Source: Bryobacterales bacterium (GTDB lineage: Bacteria > Acidobacteriota > Terriglobia > Bryobacterales > UBA6623). From it: a DNA stretch of 64,000 nucleotides. Below the pieces are notes generated by a model. That model searched no databases, was not told the origin of the DNA, and was given only the letters and a program-made list of their open reading frames with translations. Both the position numbers and the translations under genes were made by a program. Of this stretch, positions 16,882-25,930 are shown in pieces; the first letter of the stretch is position 1; each line of letters opens with the position of its first letter. The stretch is from assembly GCA_965226215.1 (NCBI GenBank), contig CBDDCH010000002.1:1342282-1406281 (forward strand). Reading direction: 5' to 3'.

Positions 16882-17760
16882 GTGACCATTCTCAGTAAGA
16901 TCCGCACGGTGCTCGAGATGATCAAGTTCGAGCACTCGGTGTTCGCCTTGCCGTTTGCTTTGACGGGTGGGCTACTGGCGGTGAGGGGCAGCGGTCTGGG
17001 TTGGGGAGAGCTGGGGGCGAAATTCGCCTGGATTATTGTCGCCATGGTAGCAGCACGATCGGCGGCGATGGCCTTTAACCGCGTCGCCGACGCCGAGCTG
17101 GATGCCCGCAACCCGCGCACCAAAATGCGAGCGATCCCGGCCGGGGTTGTCTCGAAGTCTTTTACCTGGGGCTTTATCGTTTTTTGGTCGGCGGTCCTGT
17201 TGTTGGCTGCTTACATGCTCAACCCGCTGTGCCTCAAGCTGGCTCCGGTTGCCTTGGCCGTGGTTTTCGGTTACTCCTTCACCAAGCGGTTCACGTCGCT
17301 TTCCCATCTCGTGCTGGGGTTCGCACTGGGGATCGCCCCTGCCGCCGCTTGGATCGCCATCCGGGGAACGCTCGATTGGCCCATCTTGCTGCTCACAGCC
17401 GCCGTCATGTTCTGGACAGCGGGTTTCGACATCATCTATTCCTGCCAGGACTACGATTTCGACCGCGAAGCGGGAGTCTTCAGCCTGCCCCGCTCGCTGG
17501 GCATTGGCCGGGCACTGCTGGTTTCGCGCCTGCTACACCTGGGAATGGTCGCGCTGCTGGTTTGGCTTGCCCGGCTCTTCGAACTCGGCTGGTTCAGCTT
17601 GGCGGGCATCGTCGTCGTCGCTGCTTTGTTGGTCTACGAGCACAGCTTGGTCAAGCCGACCGATCTCTCGCGGGTCGACGCCGCCTTTTTCGCCGTCAAC
17701 GGCTACGTCAGCGTGCTTTTCTTTTTGTTCTGGGGCGCGGACGTAATCTGGTCGGCGTAA
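16882..17760 (+). CDS. UbiA-family polyprenyltransferase (4-hydroxybenzoate polyprenyltransferase-like; possibly quinone biosynthesis)
   Basis: 292 aa and multi-pass hydrophobic, with IKFEHSVFALPFAL and NRVADAELDARNPRT (the NxxxDxxxD motif). Confidence 0.8.
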   Translation: MTILSKIRTVLEMIKFEHSVFALPFALTGGLLAVRGSGLGWGELGAKFAWIIVAMVAARSAAMAFNRVADAELDARNPRTKMRAIPAGVVSKSFTWGFIVFWSAVLLLAAYMLNPLCLKLAPVALAVVFGYSFTKRFTSLSHLVLGFALGIAPAAAWIAIRGTLDWPILLLTAAVMFWTAGFDIIYSCQDYDFDREAGVFSLPRSLGIGRALLVSRLLHLGMVALLVWLARLFELGWFSLAGIVVVAALLVYEHSLVKPTDLSRVDAAFFAVNGYVSVLFFLFWGADVIWSA

Positions 17761-17825
17761 TTTCAGCGCGTATGCCGATTGATTGCAGGGCAACCCCCCG
17801 CCACACCTCGGGCTGGTCCTCTAGG

Positions 17826-17857
17826 AATGTGTATAATAAAATAGATATGTACACATT
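17826..17857. promoter_or_regulatory. Inverted repeat AATGTGTA-N16-TACACATT enclosing a TATAAT box, putative promoter/operator of TA pair 3
   Basis: Read directly from the sequence. It ends 14 bp upstream of the vapB ATG (17872), in an AT-rich patch. Confidence 0.45.
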
Positions 17858-17871
17858 AGGAAGGCTCTTCG

Positions 17872-18066
17872 ATGAGAACCAATATCGTCATTGATGACCA
17901 ACTGATGCGCGCCGTCTTGAAAGCCACGGGCCTGCGGACGAAACGTGAGGCGGTCGAGACGGGCCTCAGGACGCTCCTTCAACTTAAGCGCCAGGAACGC
18001 ATCAGGAAATACCGCGGCAAACTGGCCTGGGTCGGCGACCTTGACGCTATGAGAAGGGATTCGTGA
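17872..18066 (+). CDS. vapB: VapB-type antitoxin (small RHH-like, MRTNIVIDD... family), TA pair 3
   Basis: 64 aa. MRTNIVIDDQLMRAVLKATGLRTKREAVETGLRTLL is typical of antitoxins paired with VapC. It has a GTGA overlap with the next ORF. Confidence 0.75.
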   Translation: MRTNIVIDDQLMRAVLKATGLRTKREAVETGLRTLLQLKRQERIRKYRGKLAWVGDLDAMRRDS

Positions 18067-18458
18067 TTGTCGTCGATTCGAGCGTCTGGATTAGTTATTT
18101 TTCAAGTTCTGCTCAAACGCCCCAAACCCGGGTGCTGGACGATCTCCTCGGTCGCGAGAGAGTTGTTGTTGGAGATCTCATTCTTGCGGAGGTACTGCAT
18201 GGTTTTCGCTCAGACCGCGACTATCGGGACGCCAAGTCGCTGCTGGCATCACTCGACTACCGCAGCATGATCGGGCGCGAGATCGCCTTGATGAGCGCCG
18301 CCAATTACCGACGACTGCGAAAGAAGGGGATCACGGTCAGAAAGAGCATCGACTGCCTCATCGCGACCTTTTGCATCACCGAGAGGCTGCCCCTGCTGCA
18401 TGCCGACGACGACTTTCGAGCGTTTGAGAAGCACTTAGGCTTGGTTTCGCTGACTTAG
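18063..18458 (+). CDS. vapC: PIN-domain toxin VapC, TA pair 3
   Basis: MIVVDSSVWISYF..., ...DLILAEVLHGF..., ...IDCLIATFCITERLPLLHADDDF. Confidence 0.8.
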   Translation: MIVVDSSVWISYFSSSAQTPQTRVLDDLLGRERVVVGDLILAEVLHGFRSDRDYRDAKSLLASLDYRSMIGREIALMSAANYRRLRKKGITVRKSIDCLIATFCITERLPLLHADDDFRAFEKHLGLVSLT

Positions 18459-18519
18459 CGAATCCTTTGATATGCTTTCTAATGCAGGCGCCGATAACGT
18501 AGGCGGGGCCTGATCTGCC

Positions 18520-19638
18520 ATGCTGCCCCACATTGACGATCGCCGGCTTCGGCCCGTAGCGGAGAAGGTAGAGGCCGGCGAGCGCCTGGACTATCGCGAC
18601 GGGCTGGTTCTTTACCGCTCGCCCGATCTTCTGACCGTTGGCTACCTGGCCAATCACAGACGGGAGAAGCTAAACGGAAACATCACCTATTTCAACGTCA
18701 ATCGCCACATTAACCCGACAGATGTGTGCGTTGCGGCCTGTAAGTTGTGCGCTTTTGGTAAGCAGGTGCGCGACCCGCGGGCCTACACCATGTCCTTAGA
18801 GCAGGTCTGGCACGTTGCCGGGCAGGGTTACACGGAGGCGGTCTCGGAGTTTCACATCGTCGGAGGACTTCACCCGGAGCTGACCCTCGACTGGTACTGC
18901 GAGATGATTGGCGGTCTTCGGGAGCGCTATCCCCAGGTGCACTTGAAGGTCTTCACGATGGTCGAAATCGGCTATCTAGCGCGGCGCGCGAAGATCTCGG
19001 CCGAGGAGACGTTACGGCGGCTCAAGGGGGCGGGCGTGCAGTCGCTTCCCGGCGGAGGCGCGGAGATCTTCCACGAGCGAGTGCGCCGCATCATCTGCGA
19101 TCACAAGATCAACGGCGAGGAATGGCTGGCAACCGCGCGGACGGCTCACCAAATGGGCTTGCGCTCGAACGCGACCATGCTTTACGGTCACATCGAGACG
19201 GAGGAAGATCGTGTCGACCACCTACTGAAGTTGCGGGATTTACAGGACGAGACCGGTGGCTTCCAGACATTCATCCCGCTCGCGTTTCATCCCGAAAACA
19301 CAGCGATGCGGCATCTGCCGACAACGAGCGGGTTCGAGGACATCAAAAACATCGCCATTGCAAGGCTGCTGCTCGACAATTTCCCGCACATCAAAGCCTA
19401 CTGGATCATGATGACGCCGAAAATCGCCCAGGTTGCCCAACGCTTCGGCGCAGATGACCTCGACGGCACGGTGGTCGAGGAAAAGATTTACCACGACGCC
19501 GGAGCCACCACTTCACAGTCGTTGCGCCGGGACGAGTTGCTGCGACTCATCCGGCACGCAGGCCGCGAACCCGTTGAGCGCGACACTCTCTACCGCCCTG
19601 TCACGCGTGACGAAGCCACCTTCACGGTAGTCGTCTAG
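18520..19638 (+). CDS. MqnE/MqnC-family radical SAM enzyme (futalosine pathway of menaquinone biosynthesis)
   Basis: 372 aa with INPTDVCVAACKLCAF (CxxxCxxC), ...FHIVGGLHPE..., ...GAEIF..., ...ATMLYGHIET...R..HL..LR.LQD.TGGF..FIPL. I cannot separate MqnE from MqnC by eye. Confidence 0.75.
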   Translation: MLPHIDDRRLRPVAEKVEAGERLDYRDGLVLYRSPDLLTVGYLANHRREKLNGNITYFNVNRHINPTDVCVAACKLCAFGKQVRDPRAYTMSLEQVWHVAGQGYTEAVSEFHIVGGLHPELTLDWYCEMIGGLRERYPQVHLKVFTMVEIGYLARRAKISAEETLRRLKGAGVQSLPGGGAEIFHERVRRIICDHKINGEEWLATARTAHQMGLRSNATMLYGHIETEEDRVDHLLKLRDLQDETGGFQTFIPLAFHPENTAMRHLPTTSGFEDIKNIAIARLLLDNFPHIKAYWIMMTPKIAQVAQRFGADDLDGTVVEEKIYHDAGATTSQSLRRDELLRLIRHAGREPVERDTLYRPVTRDEATFTVVV

Positions 19639-19753
19639 ATCGCATTCTCGACAGCCTGCCTTCCGGGAGCCTATCTCATCGATCCCTCAGCGCTGTCGTA
19701 AGGAATGCAGGTATGGCGGAAGTGGCCGGAGGCGTCGCCGACAGAAGCATCGA

Positions 19754-20560
19754 ATGGTTTCCGAATCCGAGACAAACCTGAACGAGCTGGAGGAGCTCAC
19801 GGAGTCCGGTGTGGCTTACCGGATGCACGCCTACTATCTGCCAAAGTTTCAAGAGTTCCTCGACCGCAATCACGTAGCCCTCTCGGAGGCCCGGGTGCTG
19901 GACTGCGGTTGCGGAAATGGGGTCTCCATCCAGCTGCTCGCCGAAGCCGGCATTCAAGGGTTCGGCATCGACAGCTGGCCCCTCAGAAAGCAGCAATGGA
20001 AGCAGCGCGGGTTCGGCTCGCGCACAAGCTGTCTTTTCGGCGACGCGACACGTTTGCCCTTCGACGATCGAAGTTTCAACATCGTCTTCAGCTGCGGACT
20101 GCTGGAACATATCGGTGTCTACGAGGAATGGGAGCCTGCCTACCCGCGCCAGGCCGTCGCCGAATCAGTTCGAGGAGCGCAAAGGCTTCCTCGCCGAATG
20201 CCTCAGGGTCCTGCGCCGGCCTGGAGTCTTGTATATCGACCACCTGAATGGAGCTTCCCGCTCGACTTCTGGCACTATACGGGACACACCGGCTTTCGTC
20301 CGCACTCACCGTCCGAGGGATTCCTGCCCGACTTCGACGAACTCGTCCAACTGCTACGCGCAGCGGGATGGAAGGGATCGATTGAAGCGATCAGTCCGGC
20401 CGGCCGATTCGAGTTCAAGCAGGTCGGTCGACGCTGGTGGGGGCGATTCCTCACTTGGCCGGCAAAAGGACTACTGAATCTAATCAGCCAGCCCGGATTC
20501 GCTCGACTGGCTCGCTCACCCTTAAATCCGTATTTGGTGGTCCGCGTCGAAAACTTGTAG
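19754..20560 (+). CDS. Class I SAM-dependent methyltransferase (central ~35 codons apparently out of frame)
   Basis: VLDCGCGNGVSIQLLA (motif I) and LPFDDRSFNIVFSCGLLEHI. The expected post-motif segment NQFEERKGFLAECLRVLRRPGVLYIDH is encoded in the +1 frame across about 20160-20245, although the annotated frame stays open. Confidence 0.7.
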   Translation: MVSESETNLNELEELTESGVAYRMHAYYLPKFQEFLDRNHVALSEARVLDCGCGNGVSIQLLAEAGIQGFGIDSWPLRKQQWKQRGFGSRTSCLFGDATRLPFDDRSFNIVFSCGLLEHIGVYEEWEPAYPRQAVAESVRGAQRLPRRMPQGPAPAWSLVYRPPEWSFPLDFWHYTGHTGFRPHSPSEGFLPDFDELVQLLRAAGWKGSIEAISPAGRFEFKQVGRRWWGRFLTWPAKGLLNLISQPGFARLARSPLNPYLVVRVENL

Positions 20561-20889
20561 CGCAATGCGAGGCGAAATCCTTGCCCTCATCCGGCGCGGC
20601 TCATGCCCGGGGTTCCGGACCTGCCGCGGCTATTCTTTTTGACGGCTGAAGATGCACGATTCCATCCAAGAGAGGATCCAGGAGTAAAAGAGCGGGAAAT
20701 CCTGCGGGGATTGGCGGAGATGGAGCAGCCCGAGCGCCGCGGGCAGGCGGCGCCGGGACTCGACAACAAGCCCAAGGCCGGACGATCAGCAAGCGTGGGC
20801 TGGATCAGTGCTGTCCGCGCCCTCGCTGAAACAGCGGCCTCGAACCTTCGCCCGCCGGCCGCAACGGCCTGTCGCCCCGCCGCTTTGTG

Positions 20890-20908
20890 TGCTAGCATAA
20901 TGCTAGCA
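20890..20908. promoter_or_regulatory. Two tandem 8-bp palindromes TGCTAGCA-TAA-TGCTAGCA (overall GCTAGCAT-A-ATGCTAGC), putative operator of TA pair 4
   Basis: Read directly from the sequence. It lies about 12 bp upstream of the antitoxin ATG (20921) and contains CATAAT. The half-site centres are 11 bp apart. Confidence 0.5.
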
Positions 20909-20920
20909 TGAGGAATCAAT

Positions 20921-21148
20921 ATGGCTACTCTTACCATCCGGAACGTCCCGGCGAGCGTGGTCAAGTTGCTGAAGGCGCTCGCGCGGAGAAGCCGGCGATC
21001 CATGGAGCAAGAGGTTCGGGAACTCCTGGAAAGCTACGTCGCTGAGCGCCGCTCAGTCATCGAACAGATTGAGGCGGGGTGGGCGACACAGCTTCGTCGG
21101 CCGACGGCTGAACAGGTGGAGGCCTGGATCGGCGTAGGGCGCAAGTGA
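20921..21148 (+). CDS. Ribbon-helix-helix (FitA/Arc-like) antitoxin, TA pair 4
   Basis: MATLTIRNVPASVVKLLKALARRSRRSMEQEVRELLE is homologous in pattern to the antitoxin at 5687-5929. It has a GTGA overlap with the toxin ORF. Confidence 0.75.
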   Translation: MATLTIRNVPASVVKLLKALARRSRRSMEQEVRELLESYVAERRSVIEQIEAGWATQLRRPTAEQVEAWIGVGRK

Positions 21149-21558
21149 GAGCCGTTGTCGATACGAACGTTGTAGCGTACTTTCTGTTCGGTACCGAGCC
21201 CTTCGTGGATGAGGTGCGCGGGTTCTGGAACGTGGTGCGCGAGCCGATCGCGCCGGCGCTTTGGGAGGCCGAGATCGTGAACGTCGTATGGATGGCGATT
21301 CGCAGCGGCATCGTAGAGGCCCACGACGGACTGCGGAGGCTGGACCTGGCAGCTCGTCTCGGCGTCTACTCGGTCCCGAGCAGGAAGCTTTGGCAGGGGG
21401 CCCTGACCCGCTCCGTGCGATCAGGCGTGGCCGTTTACGACACTCTATTCGTCGAGCTTGCCGGTCGCCAACGTCTTCCCTTGGCAACCTTCGATACGAG
21501 AGTGCTCACCGCCTTTCCCCGGATCGCCAGACGCCCGGGCGCTCTTGCTTCGCACTAG
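21145..21558 (+). CDS. vapC: PIN-domain toxin VapC, TA pair 4
   Basis: MRAVVDTNVVAYFL... and ...VAVYDTLFVELA...LATFD. The stop TAG (21556-21558) lies inside the terminal CTAG of MITE-A2. Confidence 0.8.
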   Translation: MRAVVDTNVVAYFLFGTEPFVDEVRGFWNVVREPIAPALWEAEIVNVVWMAIRSGIVEAHDGLRRLDLAARLGVYSVPSRKLWQGALTRSVRSGVAVYDTLFVELAGRQRLPLATFDTRVLTAFPRIARRPGALASH

Positions 21559-21732
21559 CTACTTTCCATAAGTTCGCGTATTTAAAAAGGCCTTTCCCGA
21601 AGGATCATACGGCCCCTCTGTCTGGCCCGGAAGTGCTTCGCTCACAAAGTCTTCTGAGCCGCGACCGCGAGGGAGCGGTCCCCGCATTGCCGACCCATAA
21701 ACGATCGCTAACTGTATGATAGTAGGCACTAG
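21555..21732. repeat. MITE-like element, family A, copy A2 (short form, inverted relative to A1)
   Basis: The reverse complement aligns with 27819-27995 over its whole length (..AAGTTCGCGTAT.TAAAA.GGCC.TT.CCGAAG...GAGCCGCGACCG.GAGGGAGCGGTCCC..). It has CTAG at both ends. Confidence 0.75.
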
Positions 21733-21768
21733 CCCGCATTTCTACCCACCTGCCGGCCCCGCGGGCGT

Positions 21769-24129
21769 TCAGCGCTCGCGGGACAGTTTGGCCAACCCGC
21801 TCGGTGCGTTATCGGCTTTCAACCCGGATTTCCCATAAAGCTCTCGGTAGATGGCAGTGTTGCGAATCACGGCTTGAACGTAGCCGCGGGTTTCCGTGAA
21901 GGGAATGAGTTCGACGAATTCTGTAGGGTCGTTGAAACCGTTCGAGGCCAACCATGCCTCTACACGGTGCTCGCCGGCGTTATAAGCGGCTAACGCCGGC
22001 ACCGTCCGATTCTCGAACTGGTCGAACAGGTCGCGCAGATAGCGCGTGCCCAACCTTAGACTGAGATCGGGCGAATTGAGACTGTGTGTCGAATAGCCGG
22101 ACACCCCCAGTCTACGCGCCAGCCGACGGCCCGTCGCCGGCATGATCTGCATCAGCCCCCGCGCCCCGGCGCGCGAGCGGGCTTGAGGGTTGAATTCCGA
22201 TTCTTGCCGGATGAGACCGGCCACCAGATAGGGGTCCAAGCGGTGAGGTCGTGCGCGGGCGCGCAACTGTTTCTCCCAGCGCATGGGAAATAGCGATTCC
22301 CAGAACTCCCGTGGCATCGAGTCGAAGGGGAAGCGCAAGTAGCCGAACCCGTAGCGCTTCATGTAGCGCAGTCCACGGTGGAACTCTCCGCGCTCGCGTG
22401 TTTGTCGAGCGAGTTCGAGGCCAATCCAATAGGAATCGGCGGCTCGATAGTCCGCCGTACGAAGCTCGCTTTCGGCCAGATCGGGCAGCGACAACTGATA
22501 GAGCAGCCGTCCTCGGCGTAGACGCCGCTCGGTCTGAGCCGACCTTTGCTTCACGAGGCGCCGAGGTGCGGGTACGGACGCAAGGTACGCCGGCCCTTCC
22601 GGCTTCTCAGCGTCTTCCGCCTGGCCCAGCAGAACGAGCCGTTGCCTGGCTTGTTGTACGTAGTAGTAGTGGGGGTATCGAGAAGCCAGTTCGGAGTAAA
22701 TCACCCGGGCTAGCGGAGGATTCCCGCCCTTTTCGGCGATTCGGGCGAGCCAGTAGGCGGCGCCGGCCACTCGGGGGGAGCGAGCATAAAGGCGGACGTG
22801 TTCTTCCAGCAGCGACTTGGCGGCGGGGTCACGATCCAAATAGGCCCGCCAACACACTTTCCAGTGAGCCAAGGGGCCGCGCTTACCGTTGGGGAAGGCC
22901 CGCGCCGTGCGCTCATAGTAGCGACGGGAGGTTTGGGGCTCGTCCTGAAGAAGATAGTAGTTTCCGAGCGAAAACAGCGCTTCTTCGTACCACGGGGAGC
23001 CGGGATACTTCTTGCCTAGCTCTTCCGCGCGCTGGGCGAACTCTTTCCGGCGACCGAGACGGCGGGCGCACTCTCCAAGATAGTAGAGGCGCTCGGCGGC
23101 GGCCTTCGGGTCTTGGACTTTCAAACGGGTGAGCCGGCCGTACGCCGCGCTCGTGCGAAGCCTGCGGTAATCGCAGGCCCCGATTCTTACCTGGGTCCGG
23201 TCACGATCGGCGGCTTTCAGGCCGGCAACCGCACGTCGATACTCCGCCCAGGCTTGGGGGTACTTCGAGGCCCGGAAAAGGGCATCAGCCCTGCCGAGTC
23301 TCCAAGTGAACGGAGCCGGCGGATAGCGCTTGCCTAACTTTCGCCGCAGTGTATCAAGTCGCTTCTCGGCTTCTTCAGCTTGTGGTGAGAGTGGGTACTT
23401 GTAGTAGGCTTGCCGGTACGTCCGCACAGCCTTGAGCAGTTGACCGTCAAGTTCCTCGATGCGGCCCAACAGCCAGAGTCGAACGGGTGCGGAGATCGGG
23501 GACTTCTCGGTCTCGAGTAGATTTTTTGCTTGGTCTCTTTGCGCAGAGCGGATCAAGCATTCCGCCTGCAGGCGTGCGGCGCCTGCAACCAGGCGGCTTT
23601 CCGCAAAGCTTTTCTGAAAGTCGGCCAGCGACTGGGCAGCTTCGCGAAACTGCTCGGCGGAAGCCAGGCTGCGAGCCTGATAGTACCGCGCGTAATCCGG
23701 CAGCTCGGCCGTTTCGCCGGCTGCTTTTTCAAGCTCCTCGGCGGCCTGGGCGTAGTTCTCGGCTTCGTGGTCGCCCATGCCCAGGGCGAACCGTGCTAGG
23801 CCCTTTGTATCTCGGGAAGAGGACTTGCGGAGGTAGGCGAGAAGCCGATCACGCTCAACTTTGTCGCCGGAATCGAGGTACTCGCGAGCGAGCCGCTGGA
23901 GCTCGTCGGGGATGAGGGCCGCGCTGACACGGACCGCCGCTGCCGGGAGTAAAACTAGCAGCAACAGGGCGGCGAGAATCACACGCTTGTCGATATGGCG
24001 CTCTAGCAGAAGAATTGGTCGCTTACTCTTGATTCTATCGCCACCGGACGCACCTGAGCGACTCTTTTTCGTGGTCAGGTATTCTTTTGTCGGCCCCGGG
24101 TGGATGATATCGTAGCTAAGGTCATCCAA
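21769..24129 (-). CDS. slt: Soluble lytic murein transglycosylase (Slt family: superhelical N-domain plus SLT catalytic domain)
   Basis: The C-terminal SLT motifs are LVAGLIRQESEFNPQARSRAGARGLMQIMPATG and ALAAYNAGEHRV, preceded by a long helical repeat region. The start is uncertain: TTG at 24129 or GTG at 23982, which would begin directly at the hydrophobic signal segment ILAALLLLVLLPAAA. Confidence 0.85.
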   Translation of the reverse strand: MDDLSYDIIHPGPTKEYLTTKKSRSGASGGDRIKSKRPILLLERHIDKRVILAALLLLVLLPAAAVRVSAALIPDELQRLAREYLDSGDKVERDRLLAYLRKSSSRDTKGLARFALGMGDHEAENYAQAAEELEKAAGETAELPDYARYYQARSLASAEQFREAAQSLADFQKSFAESRLVAGAARLQAECLIRSAQRDQAKNLLETEKSPISAPVRLWLLGRIEELDGQLLKAVRTYRQAYYKYPLSPQAEEAEKRLDTLRRKLGKRYPPAPFTWRLGRADALFRASKYPQAWAEYRRAVAGLKAADRDRTQVRIGACDYRRLRTSAAYGRLTRLKVQDPKAAAERLYYLGECARRLGRRKEFAQRAEELGKKYPGSPWYEEALFSLGNYYLLQDEPQTSRRYYERTARAFPNGKRGPLAHWKVCWRAYLDRDPAAKSLLEEHVRLYARSPRVAGAAYWLARIAEKGGNPPLARVIYSELASRYPHYYYVQQARQRLVLLGQAEDAEKPEGPAYLASVPAPRRLVKQRSAQTERRLRRGRLLYQLSLPDLAESELRTADYRAADSYWIGLELARQTRERGEFHRGLRYMKRYGFGYLRFPFDSMPREFWESLFPMRWEKQLRARARPHRLDPYLVAGLIRQESEFNPQARSRAGARGLMQIMPATGRRLARRLGVSGYSTHSLNSPDLSLRLGTRYLRDLFDQFENRTVPALAAYNAGEHRVEAWLASNGFNDPTEFVELIPFTETRGYVQAVIRNTAIYRELYGKSGLKADNAPSGLAKLSRER

Positions 24130-24134
24130 CCGGA

Positions 24135-24295
24135 ATTTTCGCCGGGGGAGTGCCCATGAGCCTTCGCCAAAATAAACGGAGCCGCGACCGTCAGGGAACG
24201 GTCAGTCCCCTTCAAGAGTCTGGTCCTGTCACCAGCCTCAGGCCCACTCAAGGGAATCAAAACCCCCGGGTTTTCGACCGAGCGAAAGCCTAATC
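24135..24295. repeat. Solo copy of the ~150-bp segment found nested inside MITE-A1
   Basis: The reverse complement matches 11240-11385 (GGTCGAAAACCCGGGGGTTTTGAT.CCCTTG.GTGGGCCTGAGGCTGGTG.CAGGACC.GACTCTTGA.GGGGACTGACCG.TCCCTGACGGTCGCGGCTCCGTTTAT). Confidence 0.7.
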
Positions 24296-24338
24296 GCCAA
24301 CGTTACGTATTGAGGGGCAGCGCGGTTGCGGTAACCAG

Positions 24339-25121
24339 CTACGGTGTAGTTTCGACGTTATTGACCGACGTGCACCCAGCTCCGCTAAGGTCTATGTCGA
24401 CGCCGGCAACCTGCGCGTTGTCCGTGGCGACATTGCCGCTAACAAGTGACTCACAAGTGACAGCTATTCCGTCTCCGTCATTAGACACGGCGACGTTTCC
24501 GGTTACGACGGAACCCGCGTCCGCAAATATCCCAACGCCCCCGTTCCCGTTCGCGATGTTGTTCTTAACGATGCTCCTGAGCGAAACACGCATGCCAGCC
24601 ACCCCATTCGAGACGGCGTTGTTGTTCAAGACTCGATTGGTTTGCCCGCTGTGGATGGTTATGCCATGGTTGACGCTGCTAACCACAGACACGTTCTCGA
24701 TGACGGAGAAAAACGCGCCTTCCAAGTCAACCCCCCGGTAAAAGTCCGCAATGTTCAGATTGCGGATTTCAATGTACTCGTTCTTAGAGCCGGCGGAGTT
24801 GACACGAACACCGTCACCCGTGGTGGCGTTGCCGGTCATCGCAAAACCCTGCCCGTCAATGGAGACGTGTTCTGCATCGATCGCTAAACAGTCGCCGGCA
24901 TCGACCCAGTCCGCTTCTGCGCCTGTAAGGAGCCCACCGGTTCCGGGCAAGGGGTTGAGGACGATGTAGGGACCCGGCTCGTCGATAACCTGACAATCCG
25001 TAATCACCTGGGGGTCTGTTGCATCAGGTGGCAAAGCTTGCACACAGCTGCTTACTGAAAGGGTCAGTGCCAAAATCGCTATTACTGTGAAGTGTGTCAC
25101 GATTCCCTCCTTGAGTCGCAA
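24339..25121 (-). CDS. Right-handed parallel beta-helix repeat protein, probable lipoprotein or secreted
   Basis: 260 aa with signal/lipobox-like ILALTLSVSSC. It has repeated N/G/V-rich ~22-aa units (VLNNNAVSNGVAGMRV, IVKNNIANGNGGVGIF, VVTGNVAVSNDGDGIA, LVSGNVATDN) typical of PbH1 repeats. GC is lower than the surroundings by eye. Confidence 0.65.
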   Translation of the reverse strand: MRLKEGIVTHFTVIAILALTLSVSSCVQALPPDATDPQVITDCQVIDEPGPYIVLNPLPGTGGLLTGAEADWVDAGDCLAIDAEHVSIDGQGFAMTGNATTGDGVRVNSAGSKNEYIEIRNLNIADFYRGVDLEGAFFSVIENVSVVSSVNHGITIHSGQTNRVLNNNAVSNGVAGMRVSLRSIVKNNIANGNGGVGIFADAGSVVTGNVAVSNDGDGIAVTCESLVSGNVATDNAQVAGVDIDLSGAGCTSVNNVETTP

Positions 25122-25930
25122 CTATAGTCCCTCATCTTGGGTTCTGGCCGGAGCGCCAGGGCGCGCCAAGTATAACCCAATGGCGTGGGATTTACAACTA
25201 TATTCGTGTGGCACGGGTGCGCACTGGCATGCGACTGGGATGATATCGTAACTAGTGTCGACGAGTCGAGAATCCGCTTCGAGCCCCTAGGGCCGGGCCA
25301 CATACCAACCCGTCCCCACACTGCACAAACTCTGCTGGGGAAAGCCACCTTTGAGGCGCCCGTAAAGTGATCTTGCGTGGCCGGGGAAATTGCTTGGCAG
25401 CCTGTGAATTACGAGATGACAGGTGCGTGGTCAGAGTTGTCAGCTTACCTCTGGGGATGCAAACCCCTCGATCACGGCCTATTGTGGTGAGGTGTGTAAA
25501 GGACCCGAACGCTCGGTGACACCGGCTTCCTCCTCATCCTGCCTGTGTGTATAGGTAGGAATTCTTGAGGAATGTCTTCTGAGACACCCAAGGAATCGCG
25601 GTCGCCAAATCGGACAAATGGCCCATCAAGGTCAAGTCCCGAGATGCGGGCTTGTGGGAAGGCATCCCGGCGATACTTATTCATTTATCAACACAGCGTC
25701 GAGGATGGCCGGGAAAAGAATCACTTCTCCGGTGTCGAAGACCGAAGCGACGCAGGGAGCTGGTTGATTTTTTGTCGGGTCGAAGCCCGACGGTAACCCC
25801 ACGGGCATGCCTTTCCCGCGGTACATTCTGTAAGATAATTTTGTAGCTGTAGAAAGCACTCTAAACCACGAATCTCAACAAGTTTCAGCACGCACGCCGT
25901 AAGTCGCTGAAATGTAAGTGCTTGAAATAA

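Noticed and set aside
24104-25256. Imperfect direct repeat GGATGATATCGTA(G/A)CTA at about 24104 and 25240 flanking the beta-helix gene, as possible att sites
   Set aside because: Only 13 nt are identical. By rough estimate, dozens of 13-mer matches are expected by chance in a 64-kb window counted on both strands. No integrase is present.
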